Positions 36,602-46,005 of a DNA stretch of 64,000 nt are shown here, piece by piece. The notes under the pieces are model-generated. The model was given only the letters and a program-made list of their open reading frames with translations, ran no database searches and was not told the origin of the DNA. This DNA comes from Acutalibacteraceae bacterium (lineage in GTDB: Bacteria > Bacillota > Clostridia > Oscillospirales > Acutalibacteraceae): assembly GCA_045654905.1 (NCBI GenBank), contig JAZOOH010000024.1, positions 557 through 64,556 of the forward strand, written 5' to 3'. Both the position numbers and the translations under genes were made by a program. Numbering within the stretch: the first letter of the stretch is position 1; each line of letters opens with the position of its first letter.

Positions 36602-38092
36602 ATGGATACAAGATTCGCAATTTCCGAATACCATGACGCACAAGCCGTTACTAAACAGCTTGACGAGCTTATCAAAAAGCCTATTTACACAATCAAGCCG
36701 GAGGTTCTCAAAAACTACGAGGAAGAATATTTCGACAAAAAATGTGCAAAAAGTAAGGATATGATTAAAGAAGCTCAGCAGGTTATTCCCGGCGGTGTTC
36801 AGCATAACCTTGCTTTCAACTATCCTTTCCCACTTGTTTTCACAAAAGCAGACGGCATGAAGCTTTATGACGTTGACGGTAACGAATACTTCGACTTCCT
36901 TCAAGCGGGTGGTCCTACAGTTCTCGGCTCTAACCCAAAAGAGGTAAGAGACCAGGTTATTGACCTTCTTAACACCTGCGGTCCTTCAACAGGTCTTTTC
37001 CACGAGTTTGAATATAAATTAGCAAAGAAAATTTCTGACAGCGTTGAAACAGTAGATATGTTCCGTATGCTTGGTTCAGGTACTGAGGCTTGTATGGCTG
37101 CTGTTCGTGTTGCAAGACTTGCTACAAAGAAAAAGAACATTGTTAAAATGGGTGGCGCATACCACGGCTGGAGTGACCAGCTTGGCTACAGCATTCGTGT
37201 TCCCGGCTCAAAATTCACACAGGCACACGGTGTTCCGCTTTACCTCTTTAAGCATACACAGGAATTCTTCCCTAACGACCTTGATTCACTTGAAAGAGTT
37301 CTTTTCAAAAACAAATTCAAGGGCGGTACTGCTGCTGTATTTATGGAGCCAATCGGTCCTGAAAGCGGTACAAGACCACTCGATAAGGACTTTAACAAAG
37401 GCGTAGAGGCACTCTGCCGCAAATACGGCGCACTCCTTATCTTTGACGAGGTTGTTACCGGCTTCAGAATTGGTATGGCAGGCGCACAGGGCTACTTTGG
37501 CGTTTCTCCTGACCTTACAATCTTTGGTAAGGTTATTGCCGGTGGTTACCCGGGTGCCGGCGGTATCGGTGGTAAAAAAGAATACATGAAATACCTTGGC
37601 GCAGGTCTTGATGCAAGCGGTGAAAAGGTTAAGAAAGCATTTATGGGCGGTACAATGGCTGCTACTCCGCTTTCTTGTGTTGCAGGCTACTACACACTTG
37701 AAGAAATTGACAGACAAAACGCTTGCCAGAAGGCAGGTCAAATGGGTGACAGACTTACAAAGGGTCTTCAGGAGCTCATTAAAAAGTACGACCTTCCTTT
37801 CGTTGCATTCAACCAAGGCTCTGTTTGTCATATTGATACAGTTGGTACAATGCACTACTCAATTAACTGGTCTAAGCCATGGCAGATTCCGGGCGTTCTT
37901 TCAGCTACAAGCGAAAGAAAGAAGGAAATGCAACACATGGGTGCTGCTTATATGGCAGAGGGACTTGTTACTCTTGCAGGTAGCCGTCTTTATACAAATG
38001 CTCAGTACACACCTGAGCTTATTGATGAAGCTCTTGTAAGATTTGACAGAGTATTCCAAAACGTTGCTATTAAAGAAGGACAATCTAAATAA
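36602..38092 (+). CDS. Class III PLP enzyme, glutamate-1-semialdehyde-aminomutase-like, with a roughly 60-aa N-terminal extension
   Basis: IPGGVQHN, DVDGNEYFDF, LIFDEVVTGFR and a FGKVIAGG Lys region. ATG 36602 follows GGAGG. Confidence 0.85.
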   Translation: MDTRFAISEYHDAQAVTKQLDELIKKPIYTIKPEVLKNYEEEYFDKKCAKSKDMIKEAQQVIPGGVQHNLAFNYPFPLVFTKADGMKLYDVDGNEYFDFLQAGGPTVLGSNPKEVRDQVIDLLNTCGPSTGLFHEFEYKLAKKISDSVETVDMFRMLGSGTEACMAAVRVARLATKKKNIVKMGGAYHGWSDQLGYSIRVPGSKFTQAHGVPLYLFKHTQEFFPNDLDSLERVLFKNKFKGGTAAVFMEPIGPESGTRPLDKDFNKGVEALCRKYGALLIFDEVVTGFRIGMAGAQGYFGVSPDLTIFGKVIAGGYPGAGGIGGKKEYMKYLGAGLDASGEKVKKAFMGGTMAATPLSCVAGYYTLEEIDRQNACQKAGQMGDRLTKGLQELIKKYDLPFVAFNQGSVCHIDTVGTMHYSINWSKPWQIPGVLSATSERKKEMQHMGAAYMAEGLVTLAGSRLYTNAQYTPELIDEALVRFDRVFQNVAIKEGQSK

Positions 38093-38149
38093 TTTAACTA
38101 AAGCACGGATTTTTTCCGTGCTTTATTGCTAAAAAGGAAGGTATTTATT

Positions 38150-39352
38150 ATGGATATTCTCGAAGCAAAACAAATAGTTATAAAAGCGGGTCACGAATTA
38201 TTAAAGGAGGGGCTTATTGTACGTACGTGGGGTAACATAAGCTGCAGAGTAAATGAAGAACAGTTTGTTATTACTCCGAGCGGCAGAGCCTACGAGGACT
38301 TGACTCCTGATGACATTGTTCTCGTAAACATTGCCGACCTTTCCTATGACGGTGACGTTAAGCCGTCTTCTGAAAAAGGTATTCACGCATCCTGCTACCA
38401 ATTAAGACCGGATTGCAATTTTGTAATTCACACTCATCAGGCAAACGCTTCTATTGTAAGTGCATTAGGTTATGATGTTGACTCTCTTACAGAAGAACAT
38501 TCTGCTATAATCGGCAACGACGTTCCTTGTGCTGCTTACGGTCTTCCGGGCACAGGCAAATTAAGACAAGGTGTTATAGATGCGCTTAACCGTTCAAAAT
38601 CCAAGGCAATTATTTTAGCACACCACGGCGCTGTTTGCGTTGGCAGTGATTATGACGACGCCTTCAAGGTTGCTTCTACCTTAGAGGACGTTTGCGAGAA
38701 ATACGTGGCAGACCGCTGCAGCGAGGTTTCAGGAAAGGCTGTAGACTCTCTTAACGCTGTTAAGGATTATATTCTTAGTGTATTCACCTCTGCCGAGGGC
38801 TACAAAAAATGTGCAGAAATCCCTGCTTTAGACAGTGAAAAGTCAGACAATACAGTAACCTTCTTTACGGACGGCGCAGAGCTTGTAAAATCAGACTTAA
38901 ACGGCGCTGTAATTGGTGAGGGTACTCTTCCTGAGTGCGCAGAGCTTCACCTTGCAATTTACAATAAAAGAGAAGACGTAAACTTTATACACCACTCTCA
39001 AAATGAATACGTAAAGGCAATTTCTGCAGAGGGCAAAACCATGAAGCCTCTTCTTGATGACTTTGCACAGCTTATAGGCCCAACAGTTAAATGTACAAAG
39101 GACGTAGCTGCTGCAAAGAGCGTTGTCAGTGCGCTCGGCAACAAAAACGCCGTGCTTTTAAAGGATAACGGTGCAATTTGTGTTGCAGGCACAAAATATG
39201 ATGCAGAAGCAATTGAAATTGTTATGGATAAGGGCTGCAAAACACTTATAGGCGCAAAGCTTTACACAGGCGTAAAGGCAATAAACGCTTTTGAAGCAAA
39301 CCTTATGAGAATAATTTATAAAATGAAGTATTCTAAAAAAGCGGGCAAATAA
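38150..39352 (+). CDS. Fused double class II aldolase/adducin-domain protein
   Basis: The N-terminal half has TWGNIS, ITPSG, SSE, HTHQ and LAHHG (metal His ligands). The C-terminal half is a second copy with IHHSQ and LKDNG, so the last His position is not conserved. ATG 38150 follows AAGGAAGG. Confidence 0.8.
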   Translation: MDILEAKQIVIKAGHELLKEGLIVRTWGNISCRVNEEQFVITPSGRAYEDLTPDDIVLVNIADLSYDGDVKPSSEKGIHASCYQLRPDCNFVIHTHQANASIVSALGYDVDSLTEEHSAIIGNDVPCAAYGLPGTGKLRQGVIDALNRSKSKAIILAHHGAVCVGSDYDDAFKVASTLEDVCEKYVADRCSEVSGKAVDSLNAVKDYILSVFTSAEGYKKCAEIPALDSEKSDNTVTFFTDGAELVKSDLNGAVIGEGTLPECAELHLAIYNKREDVNFIHHSQNEYVKAISAEGKTMKPLLDDFAQLIGPTVKCTKDVAAAKSVVSALGNKNAVLLKDNGAICVAGTKYDAEAIEIVMDKGCKTLIGAKLYTGVKAINAFEANLMRIIYKMKYSKKAGK

Positions 39353-39389
39353 TAAGCGTTTTTAATTATAATTACAACTGAACAAAAAT

Positions 39390-39445
39390 AAAAACATCCT
39401 ATCGTTTTCGGCTTTTAAAGCTTTAAACGATAGGATGTTTTTTAA
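39390..39445. terminator. Bidirectional terminator between convergent genes
   Basis: ACATCCTATCGTTT/AAACGATAGGATGT 14-bp stem flanked by an A-run and a T-run. Confidence 0.7.
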
Positions 39446-39532
39446 TTAGTTGCACTCAAGGCTAAGCCTTGCGGTTTTTATTTGTTGTGTATTAAATCAT
39501 AGGTACGACTTACGTAATAATCATATACACCG

Positions 39533-42500
39533 TTAATTCGAAACGGATGCTTCTGTTACAGTAACATCGGCGCTCGCCTTAAAGCTACTGCTTGCCTTAC
39601 CGTTTACTGCTTTTACTGTATAACGGTATTTTGCACCGCCGGCAAGCTCTGTATCAATCCAAGAAAGCTTTGAACTTGCAAGAGTGCCCTTTTTAGTCCA
39701 ACCGGTCCAAGCACCATTTACATACTCTGAACGGTAAACCACGTAGTTTTTTGCACCTGCAACCTTATTCCAGCTAACACTTATACCATTAGCAGCTTCT
39801 GCAGCCTTAACCGTTGGCTGAGCAAGACGGAGTAAACCGCTTGTTGCCATAAAGGTACTTGCGTATGAGCCGTTTACTGCTTTTACAGTATACTTGTAAT
39901 ATGTTCCGCTCTTAACGTTTTTGTCCGTCCAGGTAGTAGCCGTTACCTTACCTCTGTTAGTCCAACCGGACCATTTCTTTGTTTTTGCGTTGTAGGTTGC
40001 GCTATAAACAATGTATTGTGTTGCACCGTCCACCTTATTCCACGAAACCTTAATTCCGTTTGAAGTATTTGCGAAGGTAACGTTTGGCTGTGCTAAGAAC
40101 ATCAATGTTTTTGATGCTGTAAATGAGCTTTGAGATGCTCCGTTAACAGCTCTTACAGTGTAGCGGTAGAGTGTACCGCTTACAGCACTTGTATCTGTCC
40201 AAGCAAACACGGTGTTTTTAAGTGTACCCATACTCTTCCATGAGGTCCACTTGCCGTTTACCTGCTCTGAACGATAAATAACGTAATTCTTTGCACTTGC
40301 AACCTTGTTCCATTTAACTGTAACACCTGCTTTTGCATTTGCAATTGTTACCTTTGCTTCTGCAAGACGAACAATTGAAGCTGCTGCTGTGAAGGTGCTC
40401 AACGTCTTACCGTTTACAGCTCTTACTGTGTACTTGTAAACAAGACCTGCTTTTGCGCCTTTATCTGTCCAGCTGGTTGATTTTACCGAGCCCATATTGC
40501 TCCATCCGGACCATTTCTTTGTTGAAGAATTGTACTGTGCGCGATAAATTGTGTAGCTTTGTGCACCTGCAATTTTACCCCATTTTACAGTAATTCCTGC
40601 TTTTGCATTTGTAGTTGTTACTACAGGCTCTGCAAGGAATAATAAGCCTGCACTTGCAACAAACGTACCCTGTGACGTGCCGTTTATTGCTTTTACTGTA
40701 TAGCGATAAGTTTTACCGCTTACAGCCGTTGTATCTGTGTAAGCCTTTACGTCTGATGCTGTTGTTTTTAAGGTAGTCCACTTTGACCAGGAGGTACCAG
40801 ATTTTTCTGAACGATAAACCACGTATTCCTTTGCACCTGCTACTGCAGTCCAGGTAACCTTAACGCCTGTTTTTGCATTTGCGATTGTTACCTTTGGTGC
40901 TGTCAGGTAAACTAAAGAAGCTGTGCCCTCGTAAGCACTTGCTACGCTACCGCTTGCTAATGCACGTACAGTATACTTATAAATACCGCCGGCTTTTACA
41001 TCCTTATCTGCAAAGGAAGAAACAGATGCCTTCTGGTCAGAGATTTTTGTCCATGCTGACCATTTGCCATTTGTGTACTGGGCACGGTAAATTCTGTAGG
41101 TTGAAGCACCGTCTACCTTGTTCCAGCTAACTGTAAAGCCTGTGCTTGTTATCTTTGCGGTTGTTACAGGCATTGCCAAATATTTAACTGTTTTTACGCC
41201 GCTGAACGCACCCTGTGCGGAGCTGTTTATACCACGAACCTTATAAGTATAGGTTGTGTTGGATTTTGCTGTTGTATCTAAATATTCAAGGCTGCTTGTT
41301 GTAGCAATTTTTACCGGTGTAGCACCATTTGTGCTTCTGTAAATTTCGTACTCTGTAGCATTCTCTGCTGCTGAATACGCTACCTTTACACCGCCCTTTG
41401 CGTTTTCTGCAGTGATTGTTTTAATACCACCGCAGGAAGCCTCTGTAAATGAAATGGATTCAATTATACCTGTTTCCGAAGTAACTATTCTTACAGGCAT
41501 TTTTGTTTCTGAAAAATCTGCTTCCCAATCCATTTCTAAAACAAATTTGCCATTCTGATATTTTAAGCTTCTGGCATAGAGGTAGCCTTCCAGATAATCC
41601 GGTATGCGTACCTTTAACGTTTTTGTTTTTGCATCATATGAAGGTGATGAAGTAAAGTCTATTTTTGTTATATCAAATATGCCGTACGCTAACTCTCTTG
41701 CCTCATCTAATGTAACTACTGCATAATAGCCCTTTTCATCCTTCTCAACAACCTCAAAGTCATCTGTATACAAAAGGGATGCACACATTACGAGCACCTC
41801 ATCTACTGCTACGCCCTTAATTGTACCGCTTAAGCCGTTAAAATCCACATTATAAAGATACTTTGCATAACCGTCAGCAAGCATTGCAGACATTGCGCCT
41901 ACGCTGTATGCTATATCATTTCCCTGTAAGTATAACATTGCGTCAAGCCATTTATTAGCTGAAAGCACCTTGCTTTCAATAAATTCCTCCGGACCGCCTG
42001 CTTTTGCGTAACGCGTTTTAAAGTTTTTATAAGAGCCGGTTTTTTCGTCTATCTCGAATTCAATCTCTAAGGTTAATGCGCCCTTATCTGTATAAAGCGT
42101 ACCGACAACAACCGATTCATTGCCCAATCCCTGTTCAAAATACTTTGCTGTATAAACCTCTTTGGTACCGTCTGCCTTTGTAAGAGTAACCTTAAGGTCG
42201 GTATCTCCGCTTAAATCTATTGCTGTATAGGTATTAGCTACCACTGAAACCTTAAAATCACAAGTAACGTTTCTGTATGAAGCCTCTGCATGGTTTAAGC
42301 CAATTTTGTATTTCTGCTCATAATCCATACAAGGGAAGGATACGTCGAAGTATGAGCCGTCAATTTTGTCACCTGCTTCAACGTTTTTATACGTTTTTGC
42401 AGTGCCGTCTGCATACGTAAGCTTAACCGTATATGTAATTTGGTCAGGGAAGTATACTGCAAACTGATTGTCATCTGAATCTGTCATGAAAAAACTGCTT

Positions 42501-44596
42501 GTGTTTTCTACAAGTGCTGCTTCAGGAGTAACCTCAAGCTTTGTTACTTCCTTGTCACCCTTTTTTAAAACAAAGGTATAATCTACAGTGTATCCCTCAA
42601 AGGTTGCTTTAACGGTATTCTTTCCAACCGTCAATGGATTTTCTATAGATTCATTTGTTTCAAAATCTATACCAAATCCAATAAATCTTACATACTCTGT
42701 ATAAGAATACGTTTTCTTAGTACCATCTTTATAGTTAAAGGTAATATCAGGATAGGTCAGATTAACGTCGTGGTGGAAGGAAAATTCCTCTCCATCATAC
42801 TCGAACCAACCGTCAACATATTGAGTTAATTCCTTTGTAGGGGTAAGAGTAACACTCTCAACCGGGTCTTCAACAATATTAAAGGTAAACTCTGCCTCAA
42901 CACCGTTAAAGATTGCTTTACCGTTATTTACACCCCTTTTAAGCGGATTGTAAGCATCCTGGTATATCTCAATTTCCCAAGAATACCCGCTCTGGTAAAG
43001 CTCATTGTCGGTTTTGTATTCCTTAACTGTACCGTCTGTAAAGGTAACCTTAAAGTCAACGTCTAAATCATCTAAGAAATAATAGTAATACTCGTCTCCG
43101 CCTTCTTCATCTGTCGTCCAATAGCCGTTTTTATTCTCTATTATTTCACTATTAACAATAGCCTCTACCTTTTTAACCGGATTAGCAATAATTTCATACT
43201 CGAATTCAACTACTTCACCGAAAATTGCCAATATACCCTTGTGCTTGCCTACGGTGAGCTTTGTTTGACTGTCCTGCTTACCGAGGTAGGTTACAAAGGT
43301 TATTTCATCAAAATAATCGTGTACGTCGTTAAGAGTAAACGTATCTGCCGCTTTAGCTGCATCTTTATACTCTACTGTAACCTCTATAGCATCATTATCA
43401 ATATCATAATTGAAATAAGGCACCATGTAGTACTCATCTTTTTCCTCGTCATATACACTTTCGTAAGACGTATAACCGGAAACATCTTCCATAAGAGGCT
43501 CTAAAATTTTAACGGAAACACTCTTTACGGGAGATTCGTCAATTGTAAAGGTATAATCTGCCTCATGGTTAAGAAGGTCAACCTTCACCGTATTTTCACC
43601 GGGCTTAAGGATTGTCTCCTCCGTACTATAGCTCGGCTCATCACCAAAAAGGTCGTAGCACTCATACCAACCGCAGGTTACAGGGTCTCTGCCATCATTA
43701 AAGGTAACCGTAATCTCCGGGTAGGTTGCCGTAATGTCATAATTGAAAGAACCAAGCCCCTTAAACGGGTCGTCAGGGTCAGCCCAGTCGTGCGTACCAT
43801 CTATAAACTCGCGCAACTCAGTCGTAGGTTTTATAGTAATGCTTTCTATAGGGTCAGCTAAAATCTCAAACTCGTAATCTACAGTAAAGCCCATAAACTC
43901 TACGCTTGTTTTATAAACACCGGGTTCAAAAACTACACCATCACTCTGCTCGTCATACATTTTAGGGAAGAATCCGAAAACTTCGTAGCAGTCACCCCAG
44001 TTGCAGGTTACAGAGTCTCTGCCGTCATTATAATTAACGGTAACCATAGGACAAGTTTCCATTATTTCATAATAGAAATACTTACCCTTCGACTCATCTT
44101 CAGAGTCTATCCACTGATACCAGCCGTTCTCGTTTTCTTTTAATTTTTCTGTTGCTGTAACTTCAATGCTTTCAACCGGGTTTTCCACAATTGTAAATTC
44201 AAATGAGGTTCTTATAACGTCCTCATTAGAATTATAATAAACATCAATCTCCATTGTGTGTGTACCAAGACCAAACTCCGTTTCCACATCCTGGGTTGTT
44301 ACTTGAGAAATATAGTCAACGTAACCATAAATCTCATTCTCCTGACAGGTAACCTTGCTACCGTCAGAATAGATAATAACGTACGTGGGTCTCACATTAT
44401 ATACCACGTCGTAATAAAAGTATGATGTAACCCCCTCCTCGTTATACCAACCGTCGCATTTTTCAATTAAGTTCCTGTTTGCAGTAACGGAAATTTCTGT
44501 AATAGTTTTTTCTCCATCCGCTGCAAAAGCCGTTAACGGAAAGCTTGCAAGAACAATTAATATTGCAAGCAATGAACATAAGACCTTTCGCTTCAT
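39533..44596 (-). CDS. Giant secreted repeat protein: seven copies of an N-terminal module of about 110 aa, a unique middle region, then seven Fn3-like repeats of about 75 aa
   Basis: MKRKVLCSLLAILIVLASFPLTAFA signal peptide. ATG 44596 lies 9 nt after GGAG; the track start at 44611 is also possible. The N-terminal module boundary (N/D)P(V/I)(E/K)S(I/V) recurs. The C-terminal modules recur as G(V/I).V.W..V.GA..Y.(I/V)YR...G.W..W....T.....Y.Y.V(K/R)A.NG. Confidence 0.85.
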   Translation of the reverse strand: MKRKVLCSLLAILIVLASFPLTAFAADGEKTITEISVTANRNLIEKCDGWYNEEGVTSYFYYDVVYNVRPTYVIIYSDGSKVTCQENEIYGYVDYISQVTTQDVETEFGLGTHTMEIDVYYNSNEDVIRTSFEFTIVENPVESIEVTATEKLKENENGWYQWIDSEDESKGKYFYYEIMETCPMVTVNYNDGRDSVTCNWGDCYEVFGFFPKMYDEQSDGVVFEPGVYKTSVEFMGFTVDYEFEILADPIESITIKPTTELREFIDGTHDWADPDDPFKGLGSFNYDITATYPEITVTFNDGRDPVTCGWYECYDLFGDEPSYSTEETILKPGENTVKVDLLNHEADYTFTIDESPVKSVSVKILEPLMEDVSGYTSYESVYDEEKDEYYMVPYFNYDIDNDAIEVTVEYKDAAKAADTFTLNDVHDYFDEITFVTYLGKQDSQTKLTVGKHKGILAIFGEVVEFEYEIIANPVKKVEAIVNSEIIENKNGYWTTDEEGGDEYYYYFLDDLDVDFKVTFTDGTVKEYKTDNELYQSGYSWEIEIYQDAYNPLKRGVNNGKAIFNGVEAEFTFNIVEDPVESVTLTPTKELTQYVDGWFEYDGEEFSFHHDVNLTYPDITFNYKDGTKKTYSYTEYVRFIGFGIDFETNESIENPLTVGKNTVKATFEGYTVDYTFVLKKGDKEVTKLEVTPEAALVENTSSFFMTDSDDNQFAVYFPDQITYTVKLTYADGTAKTYKNVEAGDKIDGSYFDVSFPCMDYEQKYKIGLNHAEASYRNVTCDFKVSVVANTYTAIDLSGDTDLKVTLTKADGTKEVYTAKYFEQGLGNESVVVGTLYTDKGALTLEIEFEIDEKTGSYKNFKTRYAKAGGPEEFIESKVLSANKWLDAMLYLQGNDIAYSVGAMSAMLADGYAKYLYNVDFNGLSGTIKGVAVDEVLVMCASLLYTDDFEVVEKDEKGYYAVVTLDEARELAYGIFDITKIDFTSSPSYDAKTKTLKVRIPDYLEGYLYARSLKYQNGKFVLEMDWEADFSETKMPVRIVTSETGIIESISFTEASCGGIKTITAENAKGGVKVAYSAAENATEYEIYRSTNGATPVKIATTSSLEYLDTTAKSNTTYTYKVRGINSSAQGAFSGVKTVKYLAMPVTTAKITSTGFTVSWNKVDGASTYRIYRAQYTNGKWSAWTKISDQKASVSSFADKDVKAGGIYKYTVRALASGSVASAYEGTASLVYLTAPKVTIANAKTGVKVTWTAVAGAKEYVVYRSEKSGTSWSKWTTLKTTASDVKAYTDTTAVSGKTYRYTVKAINGTSQGTFVASAGLLFLAEPVVTTTNAKAGITVKWGKIAGAQSYTIYRAQYNSSTKKWSGWSNMGSVKSTSWTDKGAKAGLVYKYTVRAVNGKTLSTFTAAASIVRLAEAKVTIANAKAGVTVKWNKVASAKNYVIYRSEQVNGKWTSWKSMGTLKNTVFAWTDTSAVSGTLYRYTVRAVNGASQSSFTASKTLMFLAQPNVTFANTSNGIKVSWNKVDGATQYIVYSATYNAKTKKWSGWTNRGKVTATTWTDKNVKSGTYYKYTVKAVNGSYASTFMATSGLLRLAQPTVKAAEAANGISVSWNKVAGAKNYVVYRSEYVNGAWTGWTKKGTLASSKLSWIDTELAGGAKYRYTVKAVNGKASSSFKASADVTVTEASVSN

Positions 44597-44815
44597 TTTT
44601 ATCATCTCCATTTTATAATTAGCTCAGATTTATATCTATACCCACCTTGAGCCATAATAAAATTATATTCCTTTTTTCAGACATTTACTATACACACATT
44701 CCCCAAAATTCACAAAAAATATTTATGCAATTGTTTCCAATACAAAGCAACAACCTAAAACCTACCAAGCATTAAAAATGCCCTGCCTTAAATCTTAAGA
44801 CAGAGCGTTTTAACC

Positions 44816-45997
44816 CTATTTCAGAGCCTCCACGGCTCTTTCTAATATTCCGTTGATTTTTGCAATTACTATACCATAATTTGAAATAGGTACGTGCTGT
44901 GATGTTGAAAGAGAAATTCTTGTTTTCATTTCTCTTTCCGTAAGCATACACGCACCGCAATGAATTACAAGCTTGTATTTTCCTAAATTCTCAGGAAAAT
45001 CTGCACCCGAGGTGAATTCGAACTGCAGATTTTTTTGTGTATAGCCTTTTATCCAAGCAGGTAATTTTTCCGTGCCTATATCACCGCATTGTCTGTGGTG
45101 AGTACAGCCCTCGGAAATAAGCACAAAATCCCCGTCCTGCAGGCTGTCCAGCGCATTTGCGCCATCTACTGCTTCCCAAAGCTCGCCCTTGTAGCGCGCA
45201 AAAAGAATTGAAAACGAAGTGAGTGCAACTCCCTTTGGTACAACTTTGCTTACCTTGTTAAACACCTGCGAGTCGGTTATTACTAAATCCGGCGGATTTT
45301 TAAGCTTCGCAAGAGCACCTTCAAGCTCCGTATCCTTTGTAACAACTACCGTTGCACCGGCATCTAAAAGCTCGCGTATTGTCTGCTGTTGCGGAAGAAT
45401 AAGCCTGCCCTTAGGCGCAGCCGCATCAATAGGCACAACTAACACCACCGTGTCTCCCGCGCTTACAATATCCCCTAAAAGAGTTTTTTCGTTACCCTTT
45501 GCATCACTTAATCTGCCGATTAGCTCTTTTAATTCGTTTATGTTTTTCTTTTCCCTTGCGCTGACGTAAAGCTCGTTTTCCTTAAGGGGCTTTTCGTCTG
45601 TCAATAAATCGCATTTGTTAAAAGCAATTACGTAGGGAATACTTCTTTTTTTGAACTCCGCCTCTAAGGCCTCGTCTGCCTCCTGCTTTCCCCTTGCAGC
45701 ATCCACCACAAGCACTGCGACGTCTGTTTTATTTAATATTTGCCTTGTTTTTTCAACTCTGAGTGAGCCTAACTCACCCTCATCATCTATGCCTGCCGTA
45801 TCAATAATTACAACAGCCCCTATGGGCAACAGCTCCATAGCCTTTTTAACGGGGTCGGTTGTAGTGCCCTTTACCTCTGACACCACGGAAAGCTCCTGCC
45901 CCGTAACGGCGTTTACCACACTCGATTTACCTGCATTGCGAAGCCCAAAAAATGCTACGTGCACACGCTCTGCGGATACTCTTTCATTTAAGTTCAT
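44816..45997 (-). CDS. hydF: [FeFe]-hydrogenase maturation GTPase
   Basis: GLRNAGKSS (G1), DTAGIDD (G3), NKCD (G4) and the C-terminal CxHx..HCGAC cluster motif. Confidence 0.9.
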   Translation of the reverse strand: MNLNERVSAERVHVAFFGLRNAGKSSVVNAVTGQELSVVSEVKGTTTDPVKKAMELLPIGAVVIIDTAGIDDEGELGSLRVEKTRQILNKTDVAVLVVDAARGKQEADEALEAEFKKRSIPYVIAFNKCDLLTDEKPLKENELYVSAREKKNINELKELIGRLSDAKGNEKTLLGDIVSAGDTVVLVVPIDAAAPKGRLILPQQQTIRELLDAGATVVVTKDTELEGALAKLKNPPDLVITDSQVFNKVSKVVPKGVALTSFSILFARYKGELWEAVDGANALDSLQDGDFVLISEGCTHHRQCGDIGTEKLPAWIKGYTQKNLQFEFTSGADFPENLGKYKLVIHCGACMLTEREMKTRISLSTSQHVPISNYGIVIAKINGILERAVEALK

Positions 45998-46005
45998 TTT
46001 ATCAC

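Noticed and set aside
35667-38083. Multiple antisense ORFs inside the cluster genes (for example 35667-35966, 35979-36428, 36542-36904, 37286-37855, 37596-38039)
   Set aside because: Each is fully embedded in a longer ORF with clear enzyme motifs on the other strand or frame, and none has a convincing RBS.
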